Of a stretch of DNA of 64,000 nt, positions 38,495 to 48,264 are shown piece after piece. A model generated the notes under the pieces. That model did no database searches, was not told the origin of the DNA, and was given only the letters and a program-made list of their open reading frames with translations. Position numbers and translations under genes: made by a program. Each line of letters begins with the position of its first letter. Positions within the stretch are counted from its first letter, which is position 1. Source of the stretch: an uncultured Acidobacteriota bacterium (GTDB taxonomy: Bacteria; Acidobacteriota; Blastocatellia; RBC074); contig CAWCKY010000001.1 of assembly GCA_963796275.1 (NCBI GenBank), positions 672,001 to 736,000 of the forward strand, given 5' to 3'.

Positions 38495-39793
38495 TCAGTC
38501 GACGCCACACCAACGACAAATGAAGCCGGCCAGTGTCTCAACGGTCGCCTGTGCCGAATCGAGATCGACCCACTCGTCCGGCGCATGCGTATTACCGCCG
38601 CGCGGGCCGAAGAGCAGAGCCGGGGTATTGAAATGCTGATGAAAAACGAACATATCGCAGGGTGCGGGCATCCCGCGTACCTGGGCTACTTCTCCGGTAA
38701 CCTGCCGGAAGGTATCAGCCAGCGTCCTGACCAGGTCGCCTCGTTCATCGATGGCTGAGCCGGGTAACCAGGCGATGGGGAAGTGAACATCGGGTTTGAT
38801 GACGAACAGATCGGGGCGCGCTTGAATAACGCGATCGAACCATGTGAAAAACTCCCGGTCGATCTCATCGAGCTCTTCTCCCGGTATCGCCTGCCAGTAA
38901 AGTTCAATTCTACAGCTTGTAGGGAGTGTCATCGGCTCCAGCGTACCCCAGCCGCCGCTATAAATCTTGGTCACCCAGACTGGCACCGGATCCGAGCCAC
39001 CTTCATAGAGAACATGGGCCGGCGCACGCAGTTTGCGTTGATGGGCGAACTCTTTGATCTGTCCGAGCAGGTAATGAAGCTGCTCGGTGACTGGCGGCGG
39101 AGGCTCGCCCTCATTGAGGATACCTCCACTCTCGGCGCGCAGCGTGAGATGGACGGTGCGACCGCCCATCTGCGCGGGGCAGATCACTTGCTGGCTCGGC
39201 TCGCAGATGATAGCCGCATCAGCATTGAGGCCGCGTAATCGTCCGGCGAGCGTCCCGTTGACGCCGCCGAACTCTTCGTCGACTACAGTCTCAAGGTAAA
39301 GATCTCCGCGTAGCTTCGCCCCGGCTTCTCTCAACGCTTCGGCGGCGACTAGCATTGCGGCGATCCCGCCTTTCATGTCGTTCGAGCCGAGGCCGAATAG
39401 GCGATTGCCTTCGATCTGGGCGCCGAATGGATCGCGCGTCCAGGGCTCCGAGCCGCGGGGCACGGTGTCTATGTGGCCCGAGAGTAATAAAGATTTGCCT
39501 CCTCCGCTGCCCCGCCAGACCGCGGAGACGTTGGGGCGATTGGAGTAGTCGCGGTCGTGCCGAAAGGCGGGATGCCGGGTCAATCCCGGGACGCTCGTCA
39601 GCTCGTAAATCTCCGATTGCAGCCCCAGCTCCTCAATACGGGAGCTTACGTATCTCTGGCATTCAAGCTCCGAACCGGCGGGCGGGCTATTTTCGGAAGG
39701 TATTCGCACCAGTTCGCTTATGGTTTGTATGAGGCGGCCACGCAGTTTTCGCGCTGCTGCGGCTACGCGCTGCTCAAGTTGTTCATCCGGCAT
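38495..39793 (-). CDS. M20 family ArgE/DapE-like deacylase
   Basis: SGHIDTVP, GLGSNDMKGG, VDEE, CEP, HAPDEW. Confidence 0.9.
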   Translation of the reverse strand: MPDEQLEQRVAAAARKLRGRLIQTISELVRIPSENSPPAGSELECQRYVSSRIEELGLQSEIYELTSVPGLTRHPAFRHDRDYSNRPNVSAVWRGSGGGKSLLLSGHIDTVPRGSEPWTRDPFGAQIEGNRLFGLGSNDMKGGIAAMLVAAEALREAGAKLRGDLYLETVVDEEFGGVNGTLAGRLRGLNADAAIICEPSQQVICPAQMGGRTVHLTLRAESGGILNEGEPPPPVTEQLHYLLGQIKEFAHQRKLRAPAHVLYEGGSDPVPVWVTKIYSGGWGTLEPMTLPTSCRIELYWQAIPGEELDEIDREFFTWFDRVIQARPDLFVIKPDVHFPIAWLPGSAIDERGDLVRTLADTFRQVTGEVAQVRGMPAPCDMFVFHQHFNTPALLFGPRGGNTHAPDEWVDLDSAQATVETLAGFICRWCGVD

Positions 39794-40063
39794 ACTGAGT
39801 ATCCATATGATTGAAACATTTGTTTTGACTACCGGCCAATAGATTCGAAGGATTGACATTATAGCGAACATTCGTCCCCGAAGAGCAGGTGCCTCGAACC
39901 CCGCGTCTCAATTTATCTCTGTGATCATAGTTAGTTGATTTAATAGCGGAAGCAACAAAGCGAACAACTGCCTTCAGCTCAATCTGCGTCTGCCACCAAC
40001 GGCCCGTAAAATAGCGGCCCCGCACATATTCTCGATATTCATCCGACCGGAAATTATTTTTTC

Positions 40064-40092
40064 TTGACATCATATAGGTCGTAGGTTAGAGT
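40064..40092 (+). promoter_or_regulatory. Sigma70 promoter upstream of ROK regulator
   Basis: TTGACA-17-TAGAGT. Confidence 0.5.
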
Positions 40093-40220
40093 CTGCCGGA
40101 AATTAACTACCTTGAGATTGACGACCTTTTGACTACCTTATCGATTAATCAAGAAATTCAAGTCAATCAATAATTAGCCTGTAAACTAAGTTATTTGATG
40201 TTTAGATGGCGATTCAAGTT

Positions 40221-40309
40221 CGAATCAGTACCGCGAGCGGTAGCGAGCGTGTCTCAATTAATCAACTGGCTTGGGTACAACGCTCGCTACCGCTCGCGGT
40301 ACTGATTCG
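40221..40309. repeat. REP/REPIN-like palindrome
   Basis: Perfect 30-bp inverted arms CGAATCAGTACCGCGAGCGGTAGCGAGCGT with 29-nt spacer. Confidence 0.9.
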
Positions 40310-40367
40310 TCGATTATCAAGAAACTTAGATTAGTATTAGTTTGCAGAGTAATAATCAAGACCATCA

Positions 40368-41607
40368 ATGATGTTTAGAAAGCTCAATATTCATTTGGCG
40401 GGAAGGGCGACGCATCAGGCTCTGCGAGACATGAATGAGGTGCTGGTGCTCAATCTGGTGCGGGAGCGCCAGCCGATCTCCCGCATCGACATAGCAGGAT
40501 GGACGGGGCTGGAAGGGAGCACGGTTTCGAAGATAGTGGCGCGGCTTCTCGAAAGCGGATTCATATATGAAGATGGCGTCGGGTCTGCTTCACCACAGGG
40601 AGGGCGCAAGAAGCGGTTCCTCCGCCTTAACCCGGAAAAAGTCTACGCGATCGGCGTCGATCTGGAGCCACACCGCATAATGGTTGCGCTGAGTGATTTC
40701 TCGGGGCGTATTCTGCGCTCTATGGCGATGGACAACGAACGCGAGCCTCAGCGGGCAGTCGAAGTCGTCGCCCGAAGCATCAAGAAGCTCTTGCAGTCAA
40801 AGCAGTCGAAGGAGCGGGTTGCGGGAATCGGCGTCAGCCTGGTCGGTCTGATTGATCCGAAAGAGGGGCGGATTCTTGCGGGAGAGAACCTGGGGTGGGG
40901 CGACGATGTGCCCGTGGGATCGATGTTGCGCAGCTCATTGAACATGCGATCTGCCGATCTATTACGACAACGGCTCGCGGTTGGCTGCGCTCGCGGAGAT
41001 CTGGTTCGGCAGACACGCTGCGCAACAGCCGCAGGACCTGGTCTTCATCGAGGTCGGCGATGGCGTGGGGGCTGGAATCGTCATTCAGGGGCAGCTATAT
41101 CACGGCTCAATGCACGGCGCCGGCGAGTTCGGGCACATTTCGCTCGACCCGCTCGGGCCGATGTGCAATTGCGGCGGGCGCGGTTGCCTGGAAGTCTTTG
41201 CGGCGGACCACGCGACGCTCGCGCGTTATGTAGAACTCTGTCGCGCCGAAGGGATGGCGGCGGAGGTCAGAAGAAAGTTGAATATTGAGGAGCTGGTCGA
41301 TCGCGGGTTGGACGGCAATCCGCGGGCCATCGAGGCATTACGTCAGACGGCGACCTATCTCGGGCGCGGATTGATCCCGGTGATCTATTCGGTCAACCCG
41401 GAGGTTATCGTCCTTGGCGGCTCGGTGGTAAAAGCCTGGGACATCCTCTATCCGGAGATTCGCCGCGTCCTGGCTGCGCAGGTCACCCGCTTTTATGCGA
41501 GCCACGTGTCGATCACTCCATCCACGCTCGAGTCGAGGCCCAGTCTGGTGGGGGCTGTGGCGCTGGTCCTCGCGCGCGCGTTTTCGATTCCGAGCCAGGG
41601 TTGGTGA
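40368..41607 (+). pseudogene. ROK family transcriptional regulator with a +1 frameshift at ~40944-40947 (real lesion or sequencing error)
   Basis: HTH (ISRIDIA..TVSKIV) and GVDL in the first frame; PIYYDN..AALAE, GEFGH..CNCGGRGCLE in the second; removing one base gives 412 aa. Confidence 0.82.
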
Positions 41608-41842
41608 GCGCGGTTTTTCACCGCTTGCCGTGCTGGCACAGTCTCAGAATTCAGAATCACGTTGCCTGTAAAACTTGCTTGATGGTGGGAGCCCTTCGTG
41701 TCGCAAGGCGATTGCCGAATCTCGGGAATCGGCGAGCGATGTACGGCAGGTTACTAGCCTGCTGATGATTCCCTGAAAAGTCTGGTTGCGAAGAACTCAG
41801 CTGGTCAGAACGACCTGCTGTACATTCTTCTGAGGTACAACG

Positions 41843-44800
41843 ATGAAAAACCTGAAACTGAATGAGATCATAATTTCCCAAGTGGTCTTTGCATTACTCA
41901 CCATCTCCCTGGCGTTCGCCTTGCCGAATCACACGACCTTGGCGCAAACAGGCGCGGGAACAGTGACTGGGACGATACAAGATACGACCCGGGCATCGAT
42001 CGCTGGCGCGAGCATCACGATCACACACACCGGGACCAATGTTTCACGCAACGTGGTCAGCTCGAGTGAGGGGACGTTTTACTTCGGCGCCTTAACGCCG
42101 GGCCCTTATGCTTTGGCCGTAGAGAAGCCGGGCTTCAAGAGATGGTCCGGTAATTTGGTCCTCCAGGTCGGACAGACCGCGGTGGTCGACCCTTCGATAG
42201 AGGTCGGCGCGATGGAGGATGCCGTTCAAATCACGAGCGCGGCCTCGGCCATCACCACCGAGAGCATGGACGTATCAGATGTCAAAGATTACCGGCGGAT
42301 TCAGCAATTGCCGCTGAACGGACGCCAGATCAGCTCGTTGTTCGGTCTGACGCCGGGGGTCGAGGGCGGGGCCAATGCTCGTGTTAACGGGTTGAAAGTC
42401 GGATCGATGGAGATCACGCTCGACGGCGTCTCGCTGGTCGATCGATTCGGCGGCGGCATGTCGCGCGTCGAGCCCGGACTGGACACGGTCCAGGAATTCC
42501 GCATAGAGATGGTCGGAAGCGATGCCCGTTATTCGCGTCCGGCCACGGTGACCTTGGCGACGCGCAGCGGCACCAACGATTTGCACGGAAGCCTCTTTGA
42601 GACGCATCGCAATAACGCGGGCGGTCTCGTAGCTCGGCGGCGCGAGAATACCGCGGGGGATCAGCCAAAACTGATTCGAAATGAATTCGGATTCTCGGCC
42701 GGCGGACCGGTCTGGCTACCGGGGAAGGTTTTTGGTCCTGCCGGCATCGACGGGCGCAACAAAGCCTTCTGGTTTGCTACATACGAAGGGTTACGCCAGC
42801 GGGAGCGCAGCCTTTCCACGGTCGTTCGGGTGCCGACCGAGGCGATGTGGAATGGCGATCTGAGCAATATAGTAGATGCAAATGGAGTGAAGTCGATCAT
42901 CTACGATCCGCTGAACCGCGATTCCGCGGGCAACCGGCTACCATTCACCGGGAATGTCATCCCGGCCGACCGGATAAGTCCGCTAGCTCGGACATTAAAG
43001 GGATTGACGGCGAGTCCGACCAATGAGAGAAACCCGCATCTCGATACCAACTTCCTCAAGTTCTATCCCCGCAGTATCGATGACGACAAGTTGACTTTCA
43101 GGGGCGACCTCAATGTCACCGACCGCGACACGATCTCGGTCAGGTATACGCGCAGCGTACGCGGCAGAGTAGTCGAAGGGGGAGTCTACGGCACTCCGAT
43201 CTCCGCCGAAGCCGGCGTGGGGACTTCTCGTGTTGATACAGCGGTCCACAATAGCTCGATCAACTTCAATCACACATTTTCTCCGACGCTCTTGAACGAA
43301 ACGCTGGTAGGCATTCAGCGCTCCGCCCACGACCAGGGAACGCTGGCCGATTTCACCGACTGGCCGGGCAAGCTCGGCTTCCCCAATCCATTCGGTGTGA
43401 CGGGGTGGCCGACATTCTACGCAGGCAATTTCGCCTTCGACTCGGATAATCATCACAACCAGGCTCTGACAAGTGGGGTCATCGAAAACAATACGACCTG
43501 GAACAAAGGGACGCACACCATTCAGTTTGGCGGAAAGATCCGCAAGGAGTGGAACAACGTGCGTGAGCTTCAGCAGGCGCAGGGGTCGCACACCTTCGGC
43601 GGCTCATGGACTTCGTTATACGATGCCAAAAGCGATAGGGCATTCGACTTTACCGGCTCCGGATTTGCCGATTTGCTACTGGGGTTGCCTGATTCTCTGT
43701 CCAATCAGTACAACCGCGGTTACTTCTATTTCCGGCAGACCGAAGCCGGACTCTACCTCAATGACAAGTGGAAGGTCACTCCGCGATTGACGCTCAACCT
43801 CGGAATGCGTTGGGACAAGTGGACGCCCTACACTGAAAAGTACAACCGCCTCGCCGTTGCGGACATCAGAACGGCCTTGGACCGGTTTGAGGTGATGACG
43901 CCCGGTAATCATCGTATGCAGGATCTACCGGGCATACCGTCGTCGGTACTCGACTCCTGGTCTGTGCGCGGTCTGACCTACGCGACTGCGAGTGAAAGGG
44001 GCTACCCGGGTAATCTGTTCCGCGCCGATAATAACAATTTGGGCGCGCGGGTGGGCGCGGCATTCAAGATCAACGACCGGACAGTCTTGCGCGGCGGATT
44101 TGGGGAGTATTTCTGGCCGATGCCGCTTTCGCAGATTCTGCAGTCGACCAGATACAATCCGCCCCTCAATCTGCGCTTCAGCACTGACGTCTTCGCAAAG
44201 AACGAAACTTTCAATTATCCGCTTGTTAGCCGGCCGGTAACCTCCGACTTCGTGCCCAATACGACGGTCAATACCGATGGTATCGTCGAAATGTCTCCGA
44301 GGGCGGCGCTCACCACTTTGTGGGATGGTCCCAACTGGAAGGACGGGCGCGTCCAATCCTGGCACGTCAGCCTCGAACGCGAACTGCCTTTCCAAACGAC
44401 TGTGCGCGTCAGCTACATCGGCGAACGCGGCCGCGATCTGGAGCAGCAGTTCGAACTCAATACGCAGGAGGCCGAATACAACTACGTTGCGCGCACCGGG
44501 CTGGCGCCGCCATCGAACCGCGACCTACTGCGCAGCAACAAGGATTGGAGCTTCATAGCGCTCAACCGCACAGGCTACTCGAATACCCACTCGGGTCAGA
44601 TCGAGATCGAGCGCCGGTTTACCAAGGGGATAGCTTTTCAATGGTTCTACGTCTATACGCGCTCGTTGAACACGACCGACGCGAATGGCTTCACCGACGG
44701 CAGCACCGGCATCAACTCCGGCGCGGGCGGCGGGCGTGTGCCGGAGAATCACCAGATCTTCGGCTCGCCAAATCTGAGCTACGACGAACGTCTGCGCCTG

Positions 44801-45487
44801 GTCTATTTCAACTCGACCAATGTCCCACCGCACCGTATTCGTTATAACGGCATCGTCGAGCTGCCTTTTGGCAAGGGCAAGGCGATTGCCGGGAACCTGT
44901 CTGGACCTGCAAATGCATTGATCGGCGGATGGCAGGTTGCCGCGATCGGCGATTGGCGCAGCGGTAACTGGAGCAGCATAGCCCCATCACGTTATCTCTT
45001 CGAAGATCCCACGCTTCGCCCCGATCAGCGGGTAGAGATGGATATCTTCGGGGCGCGTCAGCGGTTGTGGTTCCGCGGAGATTTCGATCCGACACAGGCG
45101 AAGAATGTGACGGGCGGCGATCTATTCGCCTTGGTGCCCGAAGATCGCTCGCAGCGAGCGGTTCGCCAGCTTGGCGCAGCCTTCAATAACAATTTGCAGC
45201 AGACGCTGGCCAACGGGATCCTACGCAATACGGCTATCGGCGATCTATACAATCCGAGTCCCAGAGCATTCTTTCTCGGGCCGGGCGCCTGGAACGTGGA
45301 CTTCTCGTTATACAAATTCTTCAGGATCAAAGAGCGGGTGAATACTCGTTTCTCGGCCGATTTCTTCAATGTCTTCAATCATCCGAACGACGTCAGTCCC
45401 GATGCGGTTACCGGATTGCAAGACCTCGGCCGGCAGAGTGGCGAAAATGCACGCGTCATTCAATTTGCTCTGAGGTTTGAATGGTAG
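41843..45487 (+). CDS. TonB-dependent receptor (Oar-like)
   Basis: Signal peptide, GTVTGTIQD, LPLNGR, DTVQEFRI, NDKWKV..LNLGMRWD, terminal IQFALRFEW. Confidence 0.92.
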   Translation: MKNLKLNEIIISQVVFALLTISLAFALPNHTTLAQTGAGTVTGTIQDTTRASIAGASITITHTGTNVSRNVVSSSEGTFYFGALTPGPYALAVEKPGFKRWSGNLVLQVGQTAVVDPSIEVGAMEDAVQITSAASAITTESMDVSDVKDYRRIQQLPLNGRQISSLFGLTPGVEGGANARVNGLKVGSMEITLDGVSLVDRFGGGMSRVEPGLDTVQEFRIEMVGSDARYSRPATVTLATRSGTNDLHGSLFETHRNNAGGLVARRRENTAGDQPKLIRNEFGFSAGGPVWLPGKVFGPAGIDGRNKAFWFATYEGLRQRERSLSTVVRVPTEAMWNGDLSNIVDANGVKSIIYDPLNRDSAGNRLPFTGNVIPADRISPLARTLKGLTASPTNERNPHLDTNFLKFYPRSIDDDKLTFRGDLNVTDRDTISVRYTRSVRGRVVEGGVYGTPISAEAGVGTSRVDTAVHNSSINFNHTFSPTLLNETLVGIQRSAHDQGTLADFTDWPGKLGFPNPFGVTGWPTFYAGNFAFDSDNHHNQALTSGVIENNTTWNKGTHTIQFGGKIRKEWNNVRELQQAQGSHTFGGSWTSLYDAKSDRAFDFTGSGFADLLLGLPDSLSNQYNRGYFYFRQTEAGLYLNDKWKVTPRLTLNLGMRWDKWTPYTEKYNRLAVADIRTALDRFEVMTPGNHRMQDLPGIPSSVLDSWSVRGLTYATASERGYPGNLFRADNNNLGARVGAAFKINDRTVLRGGFGEYFWPMPLSQILQSTRYNPPLNLRFSTDVFAKNETFNYPLVSRPVTSDFVPNTTVNTDGIVEMSPRAALTTLWDGPNWKDGRVQSWHVSLERELPFQTTVRVSYIGERGRDLEQQFELNTQEAEYNYVARTGLAPPSNRDLLRSNKDWSFIALNRTGYSNTHSGQIEIERRFTKGIAFQWFYVYTRSLNTTDANGFTDGSTGINSGAGGGRVPENHQIFGSPNLSYDERLRLVYFNSTNVPPHRIRYNGIVELPFGKGKAIAGNLSGPANALIGGWQVAAIGDWRSGNWSSIAPSRYLFEDPTLRPDQRVEMDIFGARQRLWFRGDFDPTQAKNVTGGDLFALVPEDRSQRAVRQLGAAFNNNLQQTLANGILRNTAIGDLYNPSPRAFFLGPGAWNVDFSLYKFFRIKERVNTRFSADFFNVFNHPNDVSPDAVTGLQDLGRQSGENARVIQFALRFEW

Positions 45488-45520
45488 CGAGGTGGGGGCG
45501 AGGCATTTGAATGCAATTCT

Positions 45521-45646
45521 GAGTCGCGTAGCGTCAGATGAGAGGCGAACTCAACCGTCGCTATGCGACTCGAGATTTATATTGTCGGCTTCCCGGCCTT
45601 GAAAGGCCTGGAAAGACCGAGCTAAGATCAAAAGCCGCCACGCGGC
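45521..45646. repeat. REP-like multi-hairpin element
   Basis: GAGTCGCGTAGCG / CGCTATGCGACTC; short hairpins GGCCTTGAAAGGCC and GCCGC-CAC-GCGGC. Confidence 0.65.
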
Positions 45647-45707
45647 ATCAGAGTAGTATTTCATTCCTATCTCACAATTAACGAAACGAGAGTGGAGAAT
45701 ATACAGA

Positions 45708-47951
45708 ATGAAAACCAGGATCGCCTTCCTGCTTTGCCTGGCTATCTTCGCCATTCCTGATAGCCAACAAAATCCGACTGAATTATTCCTGCGCGGATAT
45801 TCGGTAATTCCAACTCCGCAGAAGGTAGAGCTTCAGAGCGGCGAGATCGAGTTCGACGAGACATGGGTCTATCACGCGGGCAAGATCGGCGGAGACCACA
45901 TTGCGATTCGTTCGCTCGTCAGGGACTTGAAAGATTTCCATCGAATCGAATTGAAACCCTCTGGCAGCCAGGGGAAGAGATCGATTCGTCTGGCCGTGTC
46001 CAAAGCCGCGGTCAACACCGGCACCGATCCCGAAATAGAGAAACAGGGATACCGGCTGAGGATTACGCCGGATTCGATCGAGATCACTGGTAATGGCGAT
46101 GCCGGGCTATTTTACGGAGTCCAGACATTGCTCCAACTCCTCAAGCCAGGCCCGCGCGGCCGTATTTTGTTGCCATTGGCCGCGATTGAAGACTGGCCCA
46201 CGATGCAACTGCGGTTTCTCCATTGGGACACCAAGCACCATCAGGATCGTATGGAGACACTCAAACGATATCTCGATTGGTCGGCCAGATTCAAAATCAA
46301 CATGATCGGATTCGAGCTCGAAGATAAGTTCGCTTATCCGTCAAATCCGATCATCGCAGCGCCGGGCGCATTCTCCGTCGCCGAAATGCAGGAGATCGTC
46401 GACTACGGGCTGGAGCGATTCATTCAGGTCGTACCGCAAATTCAGGCTCCGGCCCACCTGGGCTATGTGCTCAAGCACCCACAGTTTGCGCATCTGCGCT
46501 CCGACGGCAACAACTATCAGGCGTGCTTGTGCGATGAAGAGAGCTACAGGCTGATCTTTCAGATGTACGACGATGCGATCAAAGCGACGAAGGGGATCGA
46601 TTATCTCTTCGTTTCGACTGATGAGGTTTATTACGCGGGCAGTTGTGCTAAATGCAGTCAGCCGTACGACCCCGAGAAACGCAGCCTGAAGTGGGTCGAG
46701 TTCGTCCGTCGGGCGCGCGACTTCGCGGCGGAACGTGGCCGCAGAATACTGGTTTGGGCCGAATATCCGCTGCTGACTGAACACCTGAGTATGCTGCCTT
46801 CAGACATCATCGATGGCATCATAGGCGAAGAGGGGTACCTCAAGGCGGAGAACGAGATCGGAATACGGCAATTGGCTTATACCTCGATGCAGGGCGCTGA
46901 ATTGCTCTTTCCCAACTACCTTCCCGAGTTCTCGGGCGCGGGTGGAGATCGTGGGCCGGCGATAGGTCGTCTCAGGTCGGCATATGAAACGATATCGTTT
47001 GGCCGTGCCTGGCGAGGAAAACCGATAGGCGTATTCGGCGCCGCCTGGGGTGATGCAGGATTGCATAATGAGACGTTCTGGCTGGGCTGGGCGACCGTTG
47101 CGGAATACGGCTGGACTCCGGGCAGTCCGGCGGTGGAGCAGACGGTGGCCGAATTCATCAATGTTTACTACGGCCCGCACGTTTTTGAGATGGTTGAAAT
47201 TTATCGCGGTCTGCAATCGCAAGCGCAATTCTTCGAAAAATCGTGGGATCGCGTGACCTCGCGAGTTCGCGGTGCGGGTTACGGCAATTCCCGCGGTAAA
47301 GGAATCGGTACAACACGCTACGATTACACGCTACCGCCGCCAGCCACGCCGGATTTGCCTGCCCTCAGCTTCACCCCCGTTTATACCGGTCGCTATCAAA
47401 ACCTGGTCACTGATGCGCAGGCGCGGGCGCAGGAGAACGACGCGCTCGTTCATCGCATCCATCAAAATATGATCAAAGCTGATCGCAACCATTACAATCT
47501 CGAAGTCTTCCTCTCGCTCGCCGGCCTGACTGGCCATCACAATCGCCTGATTCTAGGTATGAGAGAGATTGAAGACGGGCTGAAGGCGGCGCGGGAGTCC
47601 GCTGAAAAGAACGATGCTCGACAAGCGGTTGGTCGTCTTCTTTCTGCTTATGGCAAGGCGCGCGCCCTTACGATCGAGCGGCAGCAGATTTTCCAGCGGC
47701 TGAAGACGATATGGGAGAAGAGCCAATTCCCGAAAGGGAGAGCGGTGGATGGCAAGAAGTTCTATCACGTCTTTGATGATACCAAAGATCATTGGGCGGA
47801 TCGCCGCGCCGATCTGAGCTACCTCGTTGCCCCGGAAGAGAGCATGGAATTGGAAAAATGGATGCAAAGACTCGCCTCCGTGATCCGGGATTATGCGAAA
47901 AAGAACGATGTTCCGGTCCGTATGTTGGAAGAGGCGAGGTTGGAGAATTAG
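45708..47951 (+). CDS. GH20 beta-N-acetylhexosaminidase family protein, secreted
   Basis: VIPTPQ, GYRL, GLFYGVQTLLQL, IEDWP..R, PQIQAPAH, STDE catalytic pair. Confidence 0.85.
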   Translation: MKTRIAFLLCLAIFAIPDSQQNPTELFLRGYSVIPTPQKVELQSGEIEFDETWVYHAGKIGGDHIAIRSLVRDLKDFHRIELKPSGSQGKRSIRLAVSKAAVNTGTDPEIEKQGYRLRITPDSIEITGNGDAGLFYGVQTLLQLLKPGPRGRILLPLAAIEDWPTMQLRFLHWDTKHHQDRMETLKRYLDWSARFKINMIGFELEDKFAYPSNPIIAAPGAFSVAEMQEIVDYGLERFIQVVPQIQAPAHLGYVLKHPQFAHLRSDGNNYQACLCDEESYRLIFQMYDDAIKATKGIDYLFVSTDEVYYAGSCAKCSQPYDPEKRSLKWVEFVRRARDFAAERGRRILVWAEYPLLTEHLSMLPSDIIDGIIGEEGYLKAENEIGIRQLAYTSMQGAELLFPNYLPEFSGAGGDRGPAIGRLRSAYETISFGRAWRGKPIGVFGAAWGDAGLHNETFWLGWATVAEYGWTPGSPAVEQTVAEFINVYYGPHVFEMVEIYRGLQSQAQFFEKSWDRVTSRVRGAGYGNSRGKGIGTTRYDYTLPPPATPDLPALSFTPVYTGRYQNLVTDAQARAQENDALVHRIHQNMIKADRNHYNLEVFLSLAGLTGHHNRLILGMREIEDGLKAARESAEKNDARQAVGRLLSAYGKARALTIERQQIFQRLKTIWEKSQFPKGRAVDGKKFYHVFDDTKDHWADRRADLSYLVAPEESMELEKWMQRLASVIRDYAKKNDVPVRMLEEARLEN

Positions 47952-48090
47952 CCGGGAGATACGGGGTAATAAAATGTCGATAGTTTAGGTTCTTCTCAAC
48001 TCATATGCGAACGCCGCAGGTTGATCGATACGGTCAGGTTAATTGGAGATTGTTAAATAGAAGGTCGTTGAATCGACTAATCGGTCCTGA

Positions 48091-48240
48091 GAGCCAGCGG
48101 CGCGGGATGTTTATTGAACTCGTCCTCTCACATCTCACAAGCTCCGGAGGAGGAGCGAAATATGAATGCATGTATGTCACTCCTCCGGAGCTCGTGAGAC
48201 TTCGGTAATCGGATGCTATATACATCGGGCTCCTCCGGAT
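48091..48240. repeat. REP-like palindrome between convergent genes
   Basis: TCTCACAAGCTCCGGAGGAG (48133-48152) / CTCCTCCGGAGCTCGTGAGA (48180-48199), 19/20; third GCTCCTCCGGA copy at 48229. Confidence 0.75.
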
Positions 48241-48264
48241 AACTTTATTTTCCAGTATCCTGAT

